The notes beneath the pieces were generated by a model, which was given only the letters and a program-made list of their open reading frames with translations, made no database searches and was not told where the DNA came from. From Candidatus Latescibacterota bacterium (GTDB lineage: Bacteria; Latescibacterota; UBA2968; UBA8231), in assembly GCA_965248265.1 (NCBI GenBank), contig CBDFJF010000002.1, forward strand, positions 3,936,001 through 4,000,000: 64,000 nucleotides of DNA, read 5' to 3'. The position numbers were made by a program, and so were the translations under genes. Positions 1 to 8,258 of the stretch are shown in pieces; positions within the stretch are counted from its first letter, which is position 1; every line of letters starts with the position of its first letter.

Positions 1-50
1 CCGACCCAACCTCCCCGAACCACAGACTCCGACAGTCGTCTGATCCTGGG

Positions 51-94
51 CGCGACGCCTCACGTAGCGCCCCGCGACGCACCACGTAGCGCCT
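51..94 (+). repeat. 22-bp tandem direct repeat, 2 copies
   Basis: CGCGACGCCTCACGTAGCGCCC (51-72) and CGCGACGCACCACGTAGCGCCT (73-94), 19/22 identical. Confidence 0.8.
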
Positions 95-223
95 ACAAAG
101 GGAGAGTCGAATGACCCTGGCGACGCGCGAGGTGCTTCTGCTTACCCAAGTGCTGGCAGATCGCACGCGCCGCGAGCCACGTGGTGAATCCAACTACAGA
201 TGCATTGACGAACGGAGGCTGAG

Positions 224-430
224 ATGGTGAAGGACGGAAGAAACGGTATCGGCATCGATCTGGACAAAGATGATCGGTTCGAGCGATTCGATCGTGGCTT
301 GGATCACCTGAGATGCCACAGAAGAGATCTTTCATGCGACAGCGCTGTGTTGATCGTCGAGGAGCGCTGTTTCAAAGCTCGAAAATCCCAGCGGTCCGGC
401 TGTAACAGGTTCAGAGAACCTAATGACTGA
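224..430 (+). CDS. Small hypothetical protein
   Basis: GGAGG upstream of the ATG; stop overlaps the start of the next ORF. No recognisable motif. Confidence 0.35.
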   Translation: MVKDGRNGIGIDLDKDDRFERFDRGLDHLRCHRRDLSCDSAVLIVEERCFKARKSQRSGCNRFREPND

Positions 431-929
431 ACATCACGACACAGACCCCAGCCCGACTTTCACCCCACACTGGGCCGACGACCTTTTCGGCCACATTGAC
501 GAGGTGTTGGACGTGATAGGGCAAGCTACCCGGGAATGCCCCATCCGGTCAGTGGAACTCGCCAAGAAACTTGACCTCGGCTGGGAGGAAATTTGGGCCA
601 TCGTGTGTCACTTGCAGTCGGTTGCGGTCCCAGTCCGCAATGACGGTTATGGATTCTGGTTGGGCGAGACGATGGCGGACAACGGTGAATCACTCATGGA
701 GAGGGATGCACTTCACGCTACAGGAGGAATGGAGGTGGATCAACGGATCGAGAACAGGCACGGCAGGCGGCGGTACGTCAACCACTCGGAGAGCGCAGCC
801 TACCTGAAGACCACCGAAGGGCGGGTTGTGGCAGCGCCTGCGCCGCGGCGAGCTACCCTACTCAAGCTCGGGAAACGGTCCTCCTGGATCTCAATGAGAT
901 TGACAATGTGCTCCAACGTCACCGCATAG
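423..929 (+). CDS. HTH-domain protein (phage-like); 3' part runs into a frameshifted Xis-like gene
   Basis: IRSVELAKKLDLGWEEIWAIVCHLQSVAVPVRNDGYGFWL has a winged-HTH pattern. Confidence 0.55.
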   Translation: MTEHHDTDPSPTFTPHWADDLFGHIDEVLDVIGQATRECPIRSVELAKKLDLGWEEIWAIVCHLQSVAVPVRNDGYGFWLGETMADNGESLMERDALHATGGMEVDQRIENRHGRRRYVNHSESAAYLKTTEGRVVAAPAPRRATLLKLGKRSSWISMRLTMCSNVTA

Positions 930-931
930 AA
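729..931 (+). pseudogene. Frameshifted excisionase-like (HTH_17/MerR-type) gene
   Basis: Joining frames across three indels gives RRYVNHSESAAYLKTTE/GGLWQRLRRGELPY/KLGKR/VLLDLNEIDNVLQRHRIE. Confidence 0.65.
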
Positions 932-980
932 CGGTCGAACGACCGGGGACTTTCACCCACACGAAGATGGAGAATGCAAG

Positions 981-1577
981 ATGTCCAAGCAGGAAGCACA
1001 AAAAAGCACAGAAGACAAGGACACGGAGGTAGCTCAGTTCGACCTGAACGCAATTCGCATCAACCCCGAAAACCTGAACGGTGAGGTGGCGCGGAAGCTG
1101 CTCACGACCGTCCCTGTCCAGAAACCAGGCAAGCACGTGTATGTCCGCGTGCACCCAGACCCAACGTATCGGATTGACACGGCTGTCTTCCAGTTCGATA
1201 ACGACCGCGAGTACTACCTAGTTCTGCCAGCAGCGCAGAGCTACTTCCCCACGGATATCCAGTTTGTCACGCTGTACACGGCGATCACCAGGTCTGGGGA
1301 CGTCTTCTTGTGGCCGGTTAGGTTTCCAGATGAGAGTCGCCGTGGCGGCGGTAGGGATTGGCATCAGACCGCCAGGCTCGCCGCCGAGCATGCGCAGTCC
1401 TTCTGGATCAGGGTCCAGGCGAATATGAATGTGGGGCGGTACGACATCCACGAGGCGATCGATCAGCTGGCAGATCCGGTGTGGCCGGACTGCTCTTTCG
1501 AGCGCCTCGTTCAACTTGCATTTAACGACGATCGGATTGTCAACCGTGAGGACCACATGGTCATTCGGATGCTATAA
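981..1577 (+). CDS. Hypothetical protein upstream of PolA (candidate ssDNA-binding/accessory factor)
   Basis: 198-aa ORF with GGAG SD, rich in aromatics and beta-strand-like segments; ends 13 nt before the PolA ATG. Function is inferred from context only. Confidence 0.7.
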   Translation: MSKQEAQKSTEDKDTEVAQFDLNAIRINPENLNGEVARKLLTTVPVQKPGKHVYVRVHPDPTYRIDTAVFQFDNDREYYLVLPAAQSYFPTDIQFVTLYTAITRSGDVFLWPVRFPDESRRGGGRDWHQTARLAAEHAQSFWIRVQANMNVGRYDIHEAIDQLADPVWPDCSFERLVQLAFNDDRIVNREDHMVIRML

Positions 1578-1590
1578 GGGCGATTGTAGC

Positions 1591-3357
1591 ATGCAGTCGC
1601 ACCTGTCACAGTTCGAGGAAGTCTGGCTGGCAGACTTCGAATTCCAAGCGCCGCCAGGAGGCAAGCAGGTCCCTATCTGTTTGGTGGCGCGCGAGTTCTT
1701 TTCGGGCATGGTGATCAGGATCTGGGAAGACGAGCTACATCGACTCGCCGATGCGCCCTTCCGTACGGATCCACGCTCACTGTTCGTGGCCTACTTCGTC
1801 AGCGCAGAGCTGAGATGTTTTCTGGCGCTGGGATGGAAGGTGCCGACGCGCATTCTCGATCTGTATGCAGAATTTCGTGCCGCCACCAACGGCCGCAGGG
1901 TGCTCCCCGCTGGTAGGGGGCTTTTGGGCGCACTGGTCTACCACGGACTGGACTCTATCGAGGCCAACGAAAAAGATGCAATGCGCGCACTGGCGCTACG
2001 GGGTGGTCCCTGGACGGAATGTGAACGGACCGCACTGCTGGAGTATTGCGAATCAGATGTTTGGTCGCTCGACCGCTTGTTGCAAGCGATGGGGGCCGAG
2101 ATAGACCTCCCGCGGGCGCTCTACCGGGGCCGATACATGGCTGCAGTTGCCCGCATGGAGTCTAATGGGATTCCTATAGATGTGGAGGCGCTTGCCACCC
2201 TCCAGGCAGATTGGGAGAAGATACAAGTTGAATTGATCAGTGAGGTTGACAAGAAGTATGGGGTGTATAGGGGCACATCGTTCAGCCACGCGCGCTTTAA
2301 GGCTTGGCTTGAACGGCAGGGCATTCCCTGGCCCCGGACTGATTCCGGCCGCCTTTCTGTTAGCGATGAGGCGTTCCGGTCAATGGCTCGCGCCTACCCA
2401 GAGATCGCCGCGCTGCGGGAACTGCGGACGACGCTGGGGCAGTTGCGCCTGATGGACCTAGCCATTGGCGTTGACGGTCGAAACCGTGCCCTGCTCTCGC
2501 CCTTCAACACCCGCACCGGTCGCAATTCCCCCAGCACGACCAAGTTCATCTTCGGCCCGGCTGTGTGGCTCCGGTCCTTGATCCGGCCCGAGCCTGGCTT
2601 CGGGCTGGCCTATGTGGATTGGAGCCAACAGGAATTCGCCATCGCGGCGGCTCTATCTGGGGATGAGAACATGCGTGAGGCATACCGCAGTGGAGACCCG
2701 TACCTCAGCTTCGGGAAACAGGCAAGAACCATTCCCTTGGACGCCACGAAGGAGTCCCACAAGGAAGAGCGCAACCTGTGCAAAGCCTGCGTACTGGGCG
2801 TGCAGTACGGCATGGGATCTCGAACGCTGGCGGCATCTCTTGGCCGAGGGGCTAACGGCGTGGGAGTTTCCCGGCTGCAAGCCCACCAGCTGCTCTCTCT
2901 CCATCGTACCACTTACAAGCGGTTCTGGGAGTGGGTCGAAGGTCGGCGGGATGCCGCCATGCTGCACGGACGTCTAGATACGTGCTTCGGCTGGCCGCTC
3001 TTTGTCGGTTCCGATGCCAACCCCCGAGCGCTGATCAACCATCCCATGCAGTCCCATGGTGCTGAGATGATGCGCGTTGCGGCGATCCTGGCGACAGAGA
3101 GGGGGATTCGGATCTGTGCTCCTGTCCATGACGCTTTCCTGATTGAGGCACCGCTGGCGCAATTCGAAGGCGTAACGGCATCCATGAGTCAGGTCATGCG
3201 GGAGGCTGGCAACATTGTCCTCGACGGCTTCGATGTGCGATGTGACGTTGAGCCGGTGCGGCATCCGGAGCGATACCGCGATCCACGAGGTGAAGAGATG
3301 TGGCAGGCAATCTGGCGAATTGTATCACGTCTTCACAGGTCAACTGACCGCACCTGA
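1591..3357 (+). CDS. Family A DNA polymerase (3'-5' exonuclease + polymerase, no 5' nuclease), ~588 aa
   Basis: ExoI LADFEF, ExoIII YCESDV, TRTGRNS, motif A DWSQQEFAIAA, motif B RNLCKACVLGVQYG, NHPMQS, motif C VHDAF. Start placed at ATG 1591. Confidence 0.95.
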   Translation: MQSHLSQFEEVWLADFEFQAPPGGKQVPICLVAREFFSGMVIRIWEDELHRLADAPFRTDPRSLFVAYFVSAELRCFLALGWKVPTRILDLYAEFRAATNGRRVLPAGRGLLGALVYHGLDSIEANEKDAMRALALRGGPWTECERTALLEYCESDVWSLDRLLQAMGAEIDLPRALYRGRYMAAVARMESNGIPIDVEALATLQADWEKIQVELISEVDKKYGVYRGTSFSHARFKAWLERQGIPWPRTDSGRLSVSDEAFRSMARAYPEIAALRELRTTLGQLRLMDLAIGVDGRNRALLSPFNTRTGRNSPSTTKFIFGPAVWLRSLIRPEPGFGLAYVDWSQQEFAIAAALSGDENMREAYRSGDPYLSFGKQARTIPLDATKESHKEERNLCKACVLGVQYGMGSRTLAASLGRGANGVGVSRLQAHQLLSLHRTTYKRFWEWVEGRRDAAMLHGRLDTCFGWPLFVGSDANPRALINHPMQSHGAEMMRVAAILATERGIRICAPVHDAFLIEAPLAQFEGVTASMSQVMREAGNIVLDGFDVRCDVEPVRHPERYRDPRGEEMWQAIWRIVSRLHRSTDRT

Positions 3358-3420
3358 TTTGGGGGCGGACCACACCTGGTTCGGTGGCCCCCCATTCTTA
3401 ATACTGAGTCTTGTATGAGG
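3346..3420 (+). repeat. Iteron-like 22-bp repeat pair with hairpin and AT-richer tract (candidate origin)
   Basis: GACCGCACCTGATTTGGGGGCG (3346-3367) and GACCACACCTGGTTCGGTGGCC (3368-3389), 17/22 identical, followed by ATTCTTAATACTGAGTCTTGTAT. Confidence 0.55.
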
Positions 3421-3423
3421 TAA

Positions 3424-3819
3424 GTGAGAATCATGGCACGGATGAACGAGAAAGTGTTAGCAACACGCTGGACCGCGGATATGGCATCCCAGCAACGCGA
3501 ACGGGTTAGGGCCAAAGAGGTCGGCGCAACGGCACGGAGACCGGATACGCCACGCGGGGGATACATCGCCAACACGCCGATTCCGTGGATAACCCAGGCC
3601 GCTGGGACCACCTTGATGGGACTACGGATGGCGCTAGCCCTGCTCCATCTGCGGGGCATGAGAAAGAGAGACTCTTTCATCCTCGCGGTTCCAAAGCAAT
3701 GGGCGACCGTCATGCCCCGCGCCCACCGATACAAAGGACTCAGGGCTCTAGAGAAAGCAGGGTTGGTGCAAGTGGAGCGCAGGATGGGGATGCGCCCAAC
3801 CGTCACGCTATTGATCTGA
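3424..3819 (+). CDS. Winged-helix DNA-binding protein (candidate initiator/regulator)
   Basis: C-terminal RAHRYKGLRALEKAGLVQVERRMGMRPTVTLL fits a wHTH recognition helix plus wing. Confidence 0.75.
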   Translation: MRIMARMNEKVLATRWTADMASQQRERVRAKEVGATARRPDTPRGGYIANTPIPWITQAAGTTLMGLRMALALLHLRGMRKRDSFILAVPKQWATVMPRAHRYKGLRALEKAGLVQVERRMGMRPTVTLLI

Positions 3820-3875
3820 GACGACGGGGACGAAATAGGCATCCCGCGCCCTATGCGCAGCTTTGAAGGTGAGAA

Positions 3876-4067
3876 ATGAGAATCCAGGATTGCAGAGTAG
3901 GCCAAGTCGTAAGTATGAAGGACGGCGAGGACTATTTGGTAGGTGACGTCGTCGGGCTCAGCCCCGAGCGCGTTCGCGTCAAATTCAGGAACCGGAAGAA
4001 ACCCAAACCCATCAGTGTTGACCCCCGCCGTATCTGGTCGATGGAGGACCAGCTCAGTCTATTCTGA
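3876..4067 (+). CDS. Small SH3/KOW-like protein with C-terminal QLSLF clamp-binding motif
   Basis: GAAGGTGA SD; VGQVV...VGDVVG..ERVRVKF beta-barrel pattern; ends in QLSLF-stop. Confidence 0.65.
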   Translation: MRIQDCRVGQVVSMKDGEDYLVGDVVGLSPERVRVKFRNRKKPKPISVDPRRIWSMEDQLSLF

Positions 4068-4073
4068 CTGTCG

Positions 4074-4295
4074 ATGATAGAGAGTAAACGTGTGAGTGAT
4101 CAACTGATGACATACCAGGAAGCAGCAAACTACTTGGCGGTGGGCAAAAGCACCTTGTACGCGATGGTGTCCCGCGGGGACGTACCCATCGTAGAGTTTG
4201 GCGGCACTGGCAAAGGATGCACGCGTTTCCTTAGAGCGGACTTGGAGGCTTTCGTGCAGTCTCGACGCCACCGTCGCAATCGTCCTATCGTTTAG
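4074..4295 (+). CDS. Excisionase-family (HTH_17) DNA-binding protein
   Basis: LMTYQEAANYLAVGKSTLYAMVSRGDVP...RFLRADLEAFV; adjacent to the tRNA junction. Confidence 0.9.
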   Translation: MIESKRVSDQLMTYQEAANYLAVGKSTLYAMVSRGDVPIVEFGGTGKGCTRFLRADLEAFVQSRRHRRNRPIV

Positions 4296-4324
4296 GGTAT
4301 AATTAGGGAAAACCGTAAAATAGT

Positions 4325-4369
4325 AATGGGTTACGAGATCACAATTGTCTCGTAACCCATTGTTTTTAT
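4325..4369 (+). terminator. 14-bp perfect inverted repeat plus T-tract next to the tRNA 3' end
   Basis: AATGGGTTACGAGA (4325-4338) / TCTCGTAACCCATT (4348-4361), then GTTTTTAT. Confidence 0.7.
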
Positions 4370-4445
<76 letters not shown>

Positions 4446-4523
4446 AAAGCGGCTATATCGTGTGTTTGTCTAGCTTAGATGGCCTCTGAATCGGTGTCAA
4501 GAAAATCCGTTGTCTCGCAATAC

Positions 4524-5078
4524 TCACTCCCGTTCATCGGGAGCTTCTTCTCGTGCGGGAGTGGTTGTCTCAGCCTCAGTGGCTGATCCCGGCATTGGCA
4601 CAGCTTCACCAGAATCCGCGACAGCTCCATCTTCAACTGCAGACTCTATTGCTGGCTCTTCTGCTCCTTCACTTTCCTCATCGCTCGCGGTCACGCCCAC
4701 TTCAGCCTCCCCATCTTCTGTATCATCAGCAGTTGCCATGTTCTCGGTATCAACCCCGGTGCCATTCTCGCCCTCCTCCTCTTCATCCTCATCCGCAAAC
4801 TGCTCAGCGTAAGCCTCCAAATCCCGCTCCATATCCATGAGCCGCTGGGTCGCCTCCGACAACCGGCGCTCCCAAAACTCAAGGGTCCCCTTCGCCGACG
4901 TGCGCGCGAGTTGCACTTTCTTAAGGCGGCCGACAATGTCTCGACGCTCGTAGTCAAGTTTGCCCCAGCTTTTTTTTGCCCGCTGGATGAGATTGGAAGT
5001 CACCAGTTTGCCCGTAATCGCCACCAGTGTCAGGATAGCTGCCGCAAGAACGGCTGTGTCTGCGTGTTCGGGATTCAT
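4524..5078 (-). CDS. Membrane-anchored coiled-coil protein with acidic disordered tail
   Basis: N-terminal hydrophobic helix, heptad region, D/E-rich C-terminus. Confidence 0.7.
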   Translation of the reverse strand: MNPEHADTAVLAAAILTLVAITGKLVTSNLIQRAKKSWGKLDYERRDIVGRLKKVQLARTSAKGTLEFWERRLSEATQRLMDMERDLEAYAEQFADEDEEEEGENGTGVDTENMATADDTEDGEAEVGVTASDEESEGAEEPAIESAVEDGAVADSGEAVPMPGSATEAETTTPAREEAPDERE

Positions 5079-5214
5079 ACTGGTTGGATCGATCGGGGTT
5101 GATGCGTGGGTGCTGTACGCGTTCGGGGGGTGCCGGTGGTTTCAGTCCAATATAACATAGTCAAGCGAGATTGACCCGTTTGGACCAAGCAGAGCCACCT
5201 CGCGGCCGATCTCC

Positions 5215-5478
5215 TCAGCCGTTGTTCAGGTTCCAGCCCTGGGGCCCGATAACTTCAGCGCGCGCGGCCAGGGCGAGAATCTCTTCCTGAAGAGCGGACG
5301 GCAACTTTTCCATTGGCATGGCCATCGTCGTTTCAGGTAACTCCCCTGGTTCGCAGATCCACTGATCCTGCTGCCGCTTCCAGACCATGCACGAGGGACC
5401 TGCGATGCCCGTGGCGTAGAAGGCTGGCTGCTGGTCTTGTGGAATCTCGGGATCCTCTACCAATACTTGAATTGCCAT
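5215..5478 (-). CDS. Hypothetical protein
   Basis: Non-overlapping ORF; probable start MAIQVLVED. Confidence 0.55.
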   Translation of the reverse strand: MAIQVLVEDPEIPQDQQPAFYATGIAGPSCMVWKRQQDQWICEPGELPETTMAMPMEKLPSALQEEILALAARAEVIGPQGWNLNNG

Positions 5479-5576
5479 GACGGTGAAAATACACCCACCG
5501 CAAAAGGACCTCAAGCCTGGAAAGCTGCTGGCTGCCCGTCTTGTTGGACTTTCGGGTGCGGTCTAATTTTCCATCC

Positions 5577-7262
5577 ATGACTGCAATCGCGGATCAATCA
5601 CGCCTCGGAATCCTCACGCCTCAGCATGAGGCCATCCTGTCCCAACTACAGCAGAATCAGATCGTCCGGCGCATCTGGCAGCGCGACCATACAGTGTGGA
5701 ACCCGGACCCGACCGAGATCGCCAATCGGCTCGGTTGGCTTGACAGTCCGGTTGCCATGCAGAGCCAGGTCGCCGTCATTGACCAGTTTGTTGCGGCGGT
5801 CCGAGCTGAGGGCTATACCCACGCCCTGCTGTTGGGGATGGGCGGATCCAGTCTTGCGCCGGAGGTCTTCCGCAAGGTCTTCGGTGTCCGCTCCGGCTTT
5901 CTCGACCTCGCCGTTCTTGATACGACTGACCCGGCCGCGATTCGTGCCCACGCCGAGCGTTCGGATTATTCCAGGGCTCTGTTCATCCCGGCCACCAAAT
6001 CCGGTGGTACGGTCGAGACCATGTCCCTGCTCAAGTATTTCTACAATCGAACCCGGGACGCCCTCGGCGACGATTCCGTCGGGCAGCATTTCGTCGCCAT
6101 CACGGATCCCGGCAGCGGTCTGGCCGAACTGGCAGCGGATCTCGAATTCCGTCACACCTTTCTCAATGACCCCGATATCGGCGGGCGCTACTCTGCCCTT
6201 TCCTTTTTCGGACTGGTCCCCGCCCATTTGATCGGCGTCGACACATCTCGATTGTTGCAGCGTGCTCGCGTGGTTGCTGACGAATGCCGCGATGATGGTC
6301 TTAACTCCGGGCTTTACCTCGGGGCCGCACTGGCCAGCGGAGCGCTGGCTGGCCGCGACAAGCTGACGTTGCTGGCCGATGGCCCGTTGTCCTCCATCGG
6401 CGCCTGGATCGAACAATTGGTCGCAGAGAGCACGGGCAAGGATGGCAAAGGCATCCTGCCCATTGATGGTGAGCCCATCGCATCAACGGACAACTATGGC
6501 AACGACCGCCTCTTCGCCTACCTGCGCCGCTCCGGCGACCTGGATGACCTCGCAGAGGAACTCGTACGTGTCGGCCACCCGGTCATGCGGCTGGACATTG
6601 ATGACGACGACGACTTCGGCGGCGAGTTCTTCCGCTGGGAGATGGCAACAGCCGTCGCCAGTCATTGCCTTGCCATCAATCCATTCGACCAGCCGAATGT
6701 GGAATCAGCGAAGGTGGTCGCCCGCTCGTTGACGGAAGCCTACGTGCGCGATGGTGAGCTGCCACAGGAAAGCGCCCTGTGGTCTGATGGCGAGCTCTCC
6801 TGTTACGGTGATGTCGTTGGAGATAGTCTCTCAGACATACTTCGAGGGTTGCTTACCGGCGGTGACACATCCCCGTCATACCTGTCCGTCCATGCCTATC
6901 TCACACCCGGCGACCATTTCGATAAGGCCCTGGCTAGCATCCGGGATGCGGCACGTGGAGGGACTCGCCTGCCAACGACGACCGGGTACGGTCCCAGATT
7001 CCTGCACTCGACCGGACAGTTGCACAAAGGGGATGCAGGCAGAGGGTGCTTCCTGCAACTCACTTGCGATGATACCGAAGACGCGCCCATACCGGACAAC
7101 CCCGGAGACAGCGCGTCGGCTATCTCGTTTTCCGTTTTAAAGGCGGCACAGGCTTCTGGTGATTTTCAGGCATTGAAGGCTTCGGGGCGCCGGGTCGTCC
7201 GCGTCCATCTGGGCGCCGACACGCGCTCCGGCCTGGAACGCGTGGCAGCAGCCCTGTCGTAG
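5577..7262 (+). CDS. pgi: Glucose-6-phosphate isomerase (Tal/Pgi-type Pgi domain)
   Basis: LGMGGSSL, TKSGGTVET, IGGRYSALS, EQLVAESTGK, NPFDQPNVE. Confidence 0.9.
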   Translation: MTAIADQSRLGILTPQHEAILSQLQQNQIVRRIWQRDHTVWNPDPTEIANRLGWLDSPVAMQSQVAVIDQFVAAVRAEGYTHALLLGMGGSSLAPEVFRKVFGVRSGFLDLAVLDTTDPAAIRAHAERSDYSRALFIPATKSGGTVETMSLLKYFYNRTRDALGDDSVGQHFVAITDPGSGLAELAADLEFRHTFLNDPDIGGRYSALSFFGLVPAHLIGVDTSRLLQRARVVADECRDDGLNSGLYLGAALASGALAGRDKLTLLADGPLSSIGAWIEQLVAESTGKDGKGILPIDGEPIASTDNYGNDRLFAYLRRSGDLDDLAEELVRVGHPVMRLDIDDDDDFGGEFFRWEMATAVASHCLAINPFDQPNVESAKVVARSLTEAYVRDGELPQESALWSDGELSCYGDVVGDSLSDILRGLLTGGDTSPSYLSVHAYLTPGDHFDKALASIRDAARGGTRLPTTTGYGPRFLHSTGQLHKGDAGRGCFLQLTCDDTEDAPIPDNPGDSASAISFSVLKAAQASGDFQALKASGRRVVRVHLGADTRSGLERVAAALS

Positions 7263-7270
7263 CAGTACTA

Positions 7271-8170
7271 TCATAGAGCGCGCCCACCCAACGACTCCTT
7301 CAGCAACCCCACGAACGCGGCAGCGGCCGGCGAACGCCGACGACCGCGGTGCTCGACCAGGCCGATCGGCCTGGGACTCAGCCCACGAACGGCCATAGAG
7401 TGCAAACGACCGTTCGCAACCTCCTGCCCGATCGCGATCTTCGGAACAATGGCGACTCCGAAACCAATCTCGACGAAGCGCTTGATGACCTCGATGCTTC
7501 CCAGGTTCATGCTGACTCGTGGTTTGAGATCCGCCTGACGGAAGGACTGGTCCAGCAGGTAGCGCGTCGTGCTCCCCGGCTCCAGCGCCAACAACGGCAG
7601 CTCTGCCACGGCCTTCAATGCGATCTGCTTGCGCGAAGCCAGGGCATGGTCGGCAGGGCAGATGAGAACGTCCTGCCGGGTAAACAACGCCTGACTCTCC
7701 CCGAGACGTTCGCGGTCTCTTATTGGCATTGTCGCCAGGCCGAGGTCCACTTCATCATCGACGACGAGCCGTCCGACCTCCGTCGACATCTTGTTGCGGA
7801 TATCAACCTCAACTAACGGATAACTCTCGCGGTATGAGCGCAGTACGTCAGGTAAGACGTAGGTAGAATTGGTATCGCTGGTTCCGATCACCAGGCGACC
7901 GCGCAACTCCTGCCTGAGGCTGGCAATCTCGGCATGGGCCGAGTCCAGTTCGGCCAATACCGCTCGGGTGCGGCGCAGGAGAATCTCGCCGGCGGGAGTC
8001 AGACGGATGCGCTTGTGCCCGCGTTCCAGCAAGGCTTCACCTACCTCTTCTTCCAGGGCCTTGAGCTGCAGACTGATCGCCGGCTGAGTCAGGAACAGCC
8101 TGTCAGCCGCCTTGGTGAAGCTGCCCTGACGCGCGATTTCGTGGAAGCCACGCAACTGATGAAGTTCCAT
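7271..8170 (-). CDS. LysR-family transcriptional regulator
   Basis: MELHQLRGF...GSFTKAADRLFLTQPAISLQLKALEEEVG HTH plus substrate-binding domain. Confidence 0.95.
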   Translation of the reverse strand: MELHQLRGFHEIARQGSFTKAADRLFLTQPAISLQLKALEEEVGEALLERGHKRIRLTPAGEILLRRTRAVLAELDSAHAEIASLRQELRGRLVIGTSDTNSTYVLPDVLRSYRESYPLVEVDIRNKMSTEVGRLVVDDEVDLGLATMPIRDRERLGESQALFTRQDVLICPADHALASRKQIALKAVAELPLLALEPGSTTRYLLDQSFRQADLKPRVSMNLGSIEVIKRFVEIGFGVAIVPKIAIGQEVANGRLHSMAVRGLSPRPIGLVEHRGRRRSPAAAAFVGLLKESLGGRAL

Positions 8171-8258
8171 ACCTCGAACCCCTCCCGCCCTCACAGAGCG
8201 CCAGCACACATTGATATGACTTATTCAAAATAAATATAACATAAATTTTGCTTATTTC

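Larger units (their letters stand above)
1..4369. mobile_element. Right arm of a tRNA-Thr-integrated element encoding a family A DNA polymerase (left end outside window)
   Basis: Co-oriented phage/plasmid-like genes (HTH, PolA, wHTH, Xis) end at the 3' CCA end of tRNA-Thr. An AT-rich junction with a hairpin lies at 4292-4369, and housekeeping-type genes resume beyond the tRNA. Confidence 0.8.

Noticed and set aside
1429-1590. 54-aa N-terminal extension of the PolA ORF in the track
   Set aside because: It overlaps the upstream gene and precedes the exonuclease domain; ATG 1591 is the more plausible start.
1-4369. Calling the left arm a prophage
   Set aside because: No terminase, capsid, tail, lysis or integrase gene is in view, so only 'integrated element' is supported.
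4510-4812. Ser-rich plus-strand ORF
   Set aside because: Antisense shadow of the acidic tail of 4524-5078.
8171-8258. AT-rich tract as a horizontal-transfer scar
   Set aside because: It fits an ordinary LysR promoter/autoregulatory region; no repeats or mobile features.
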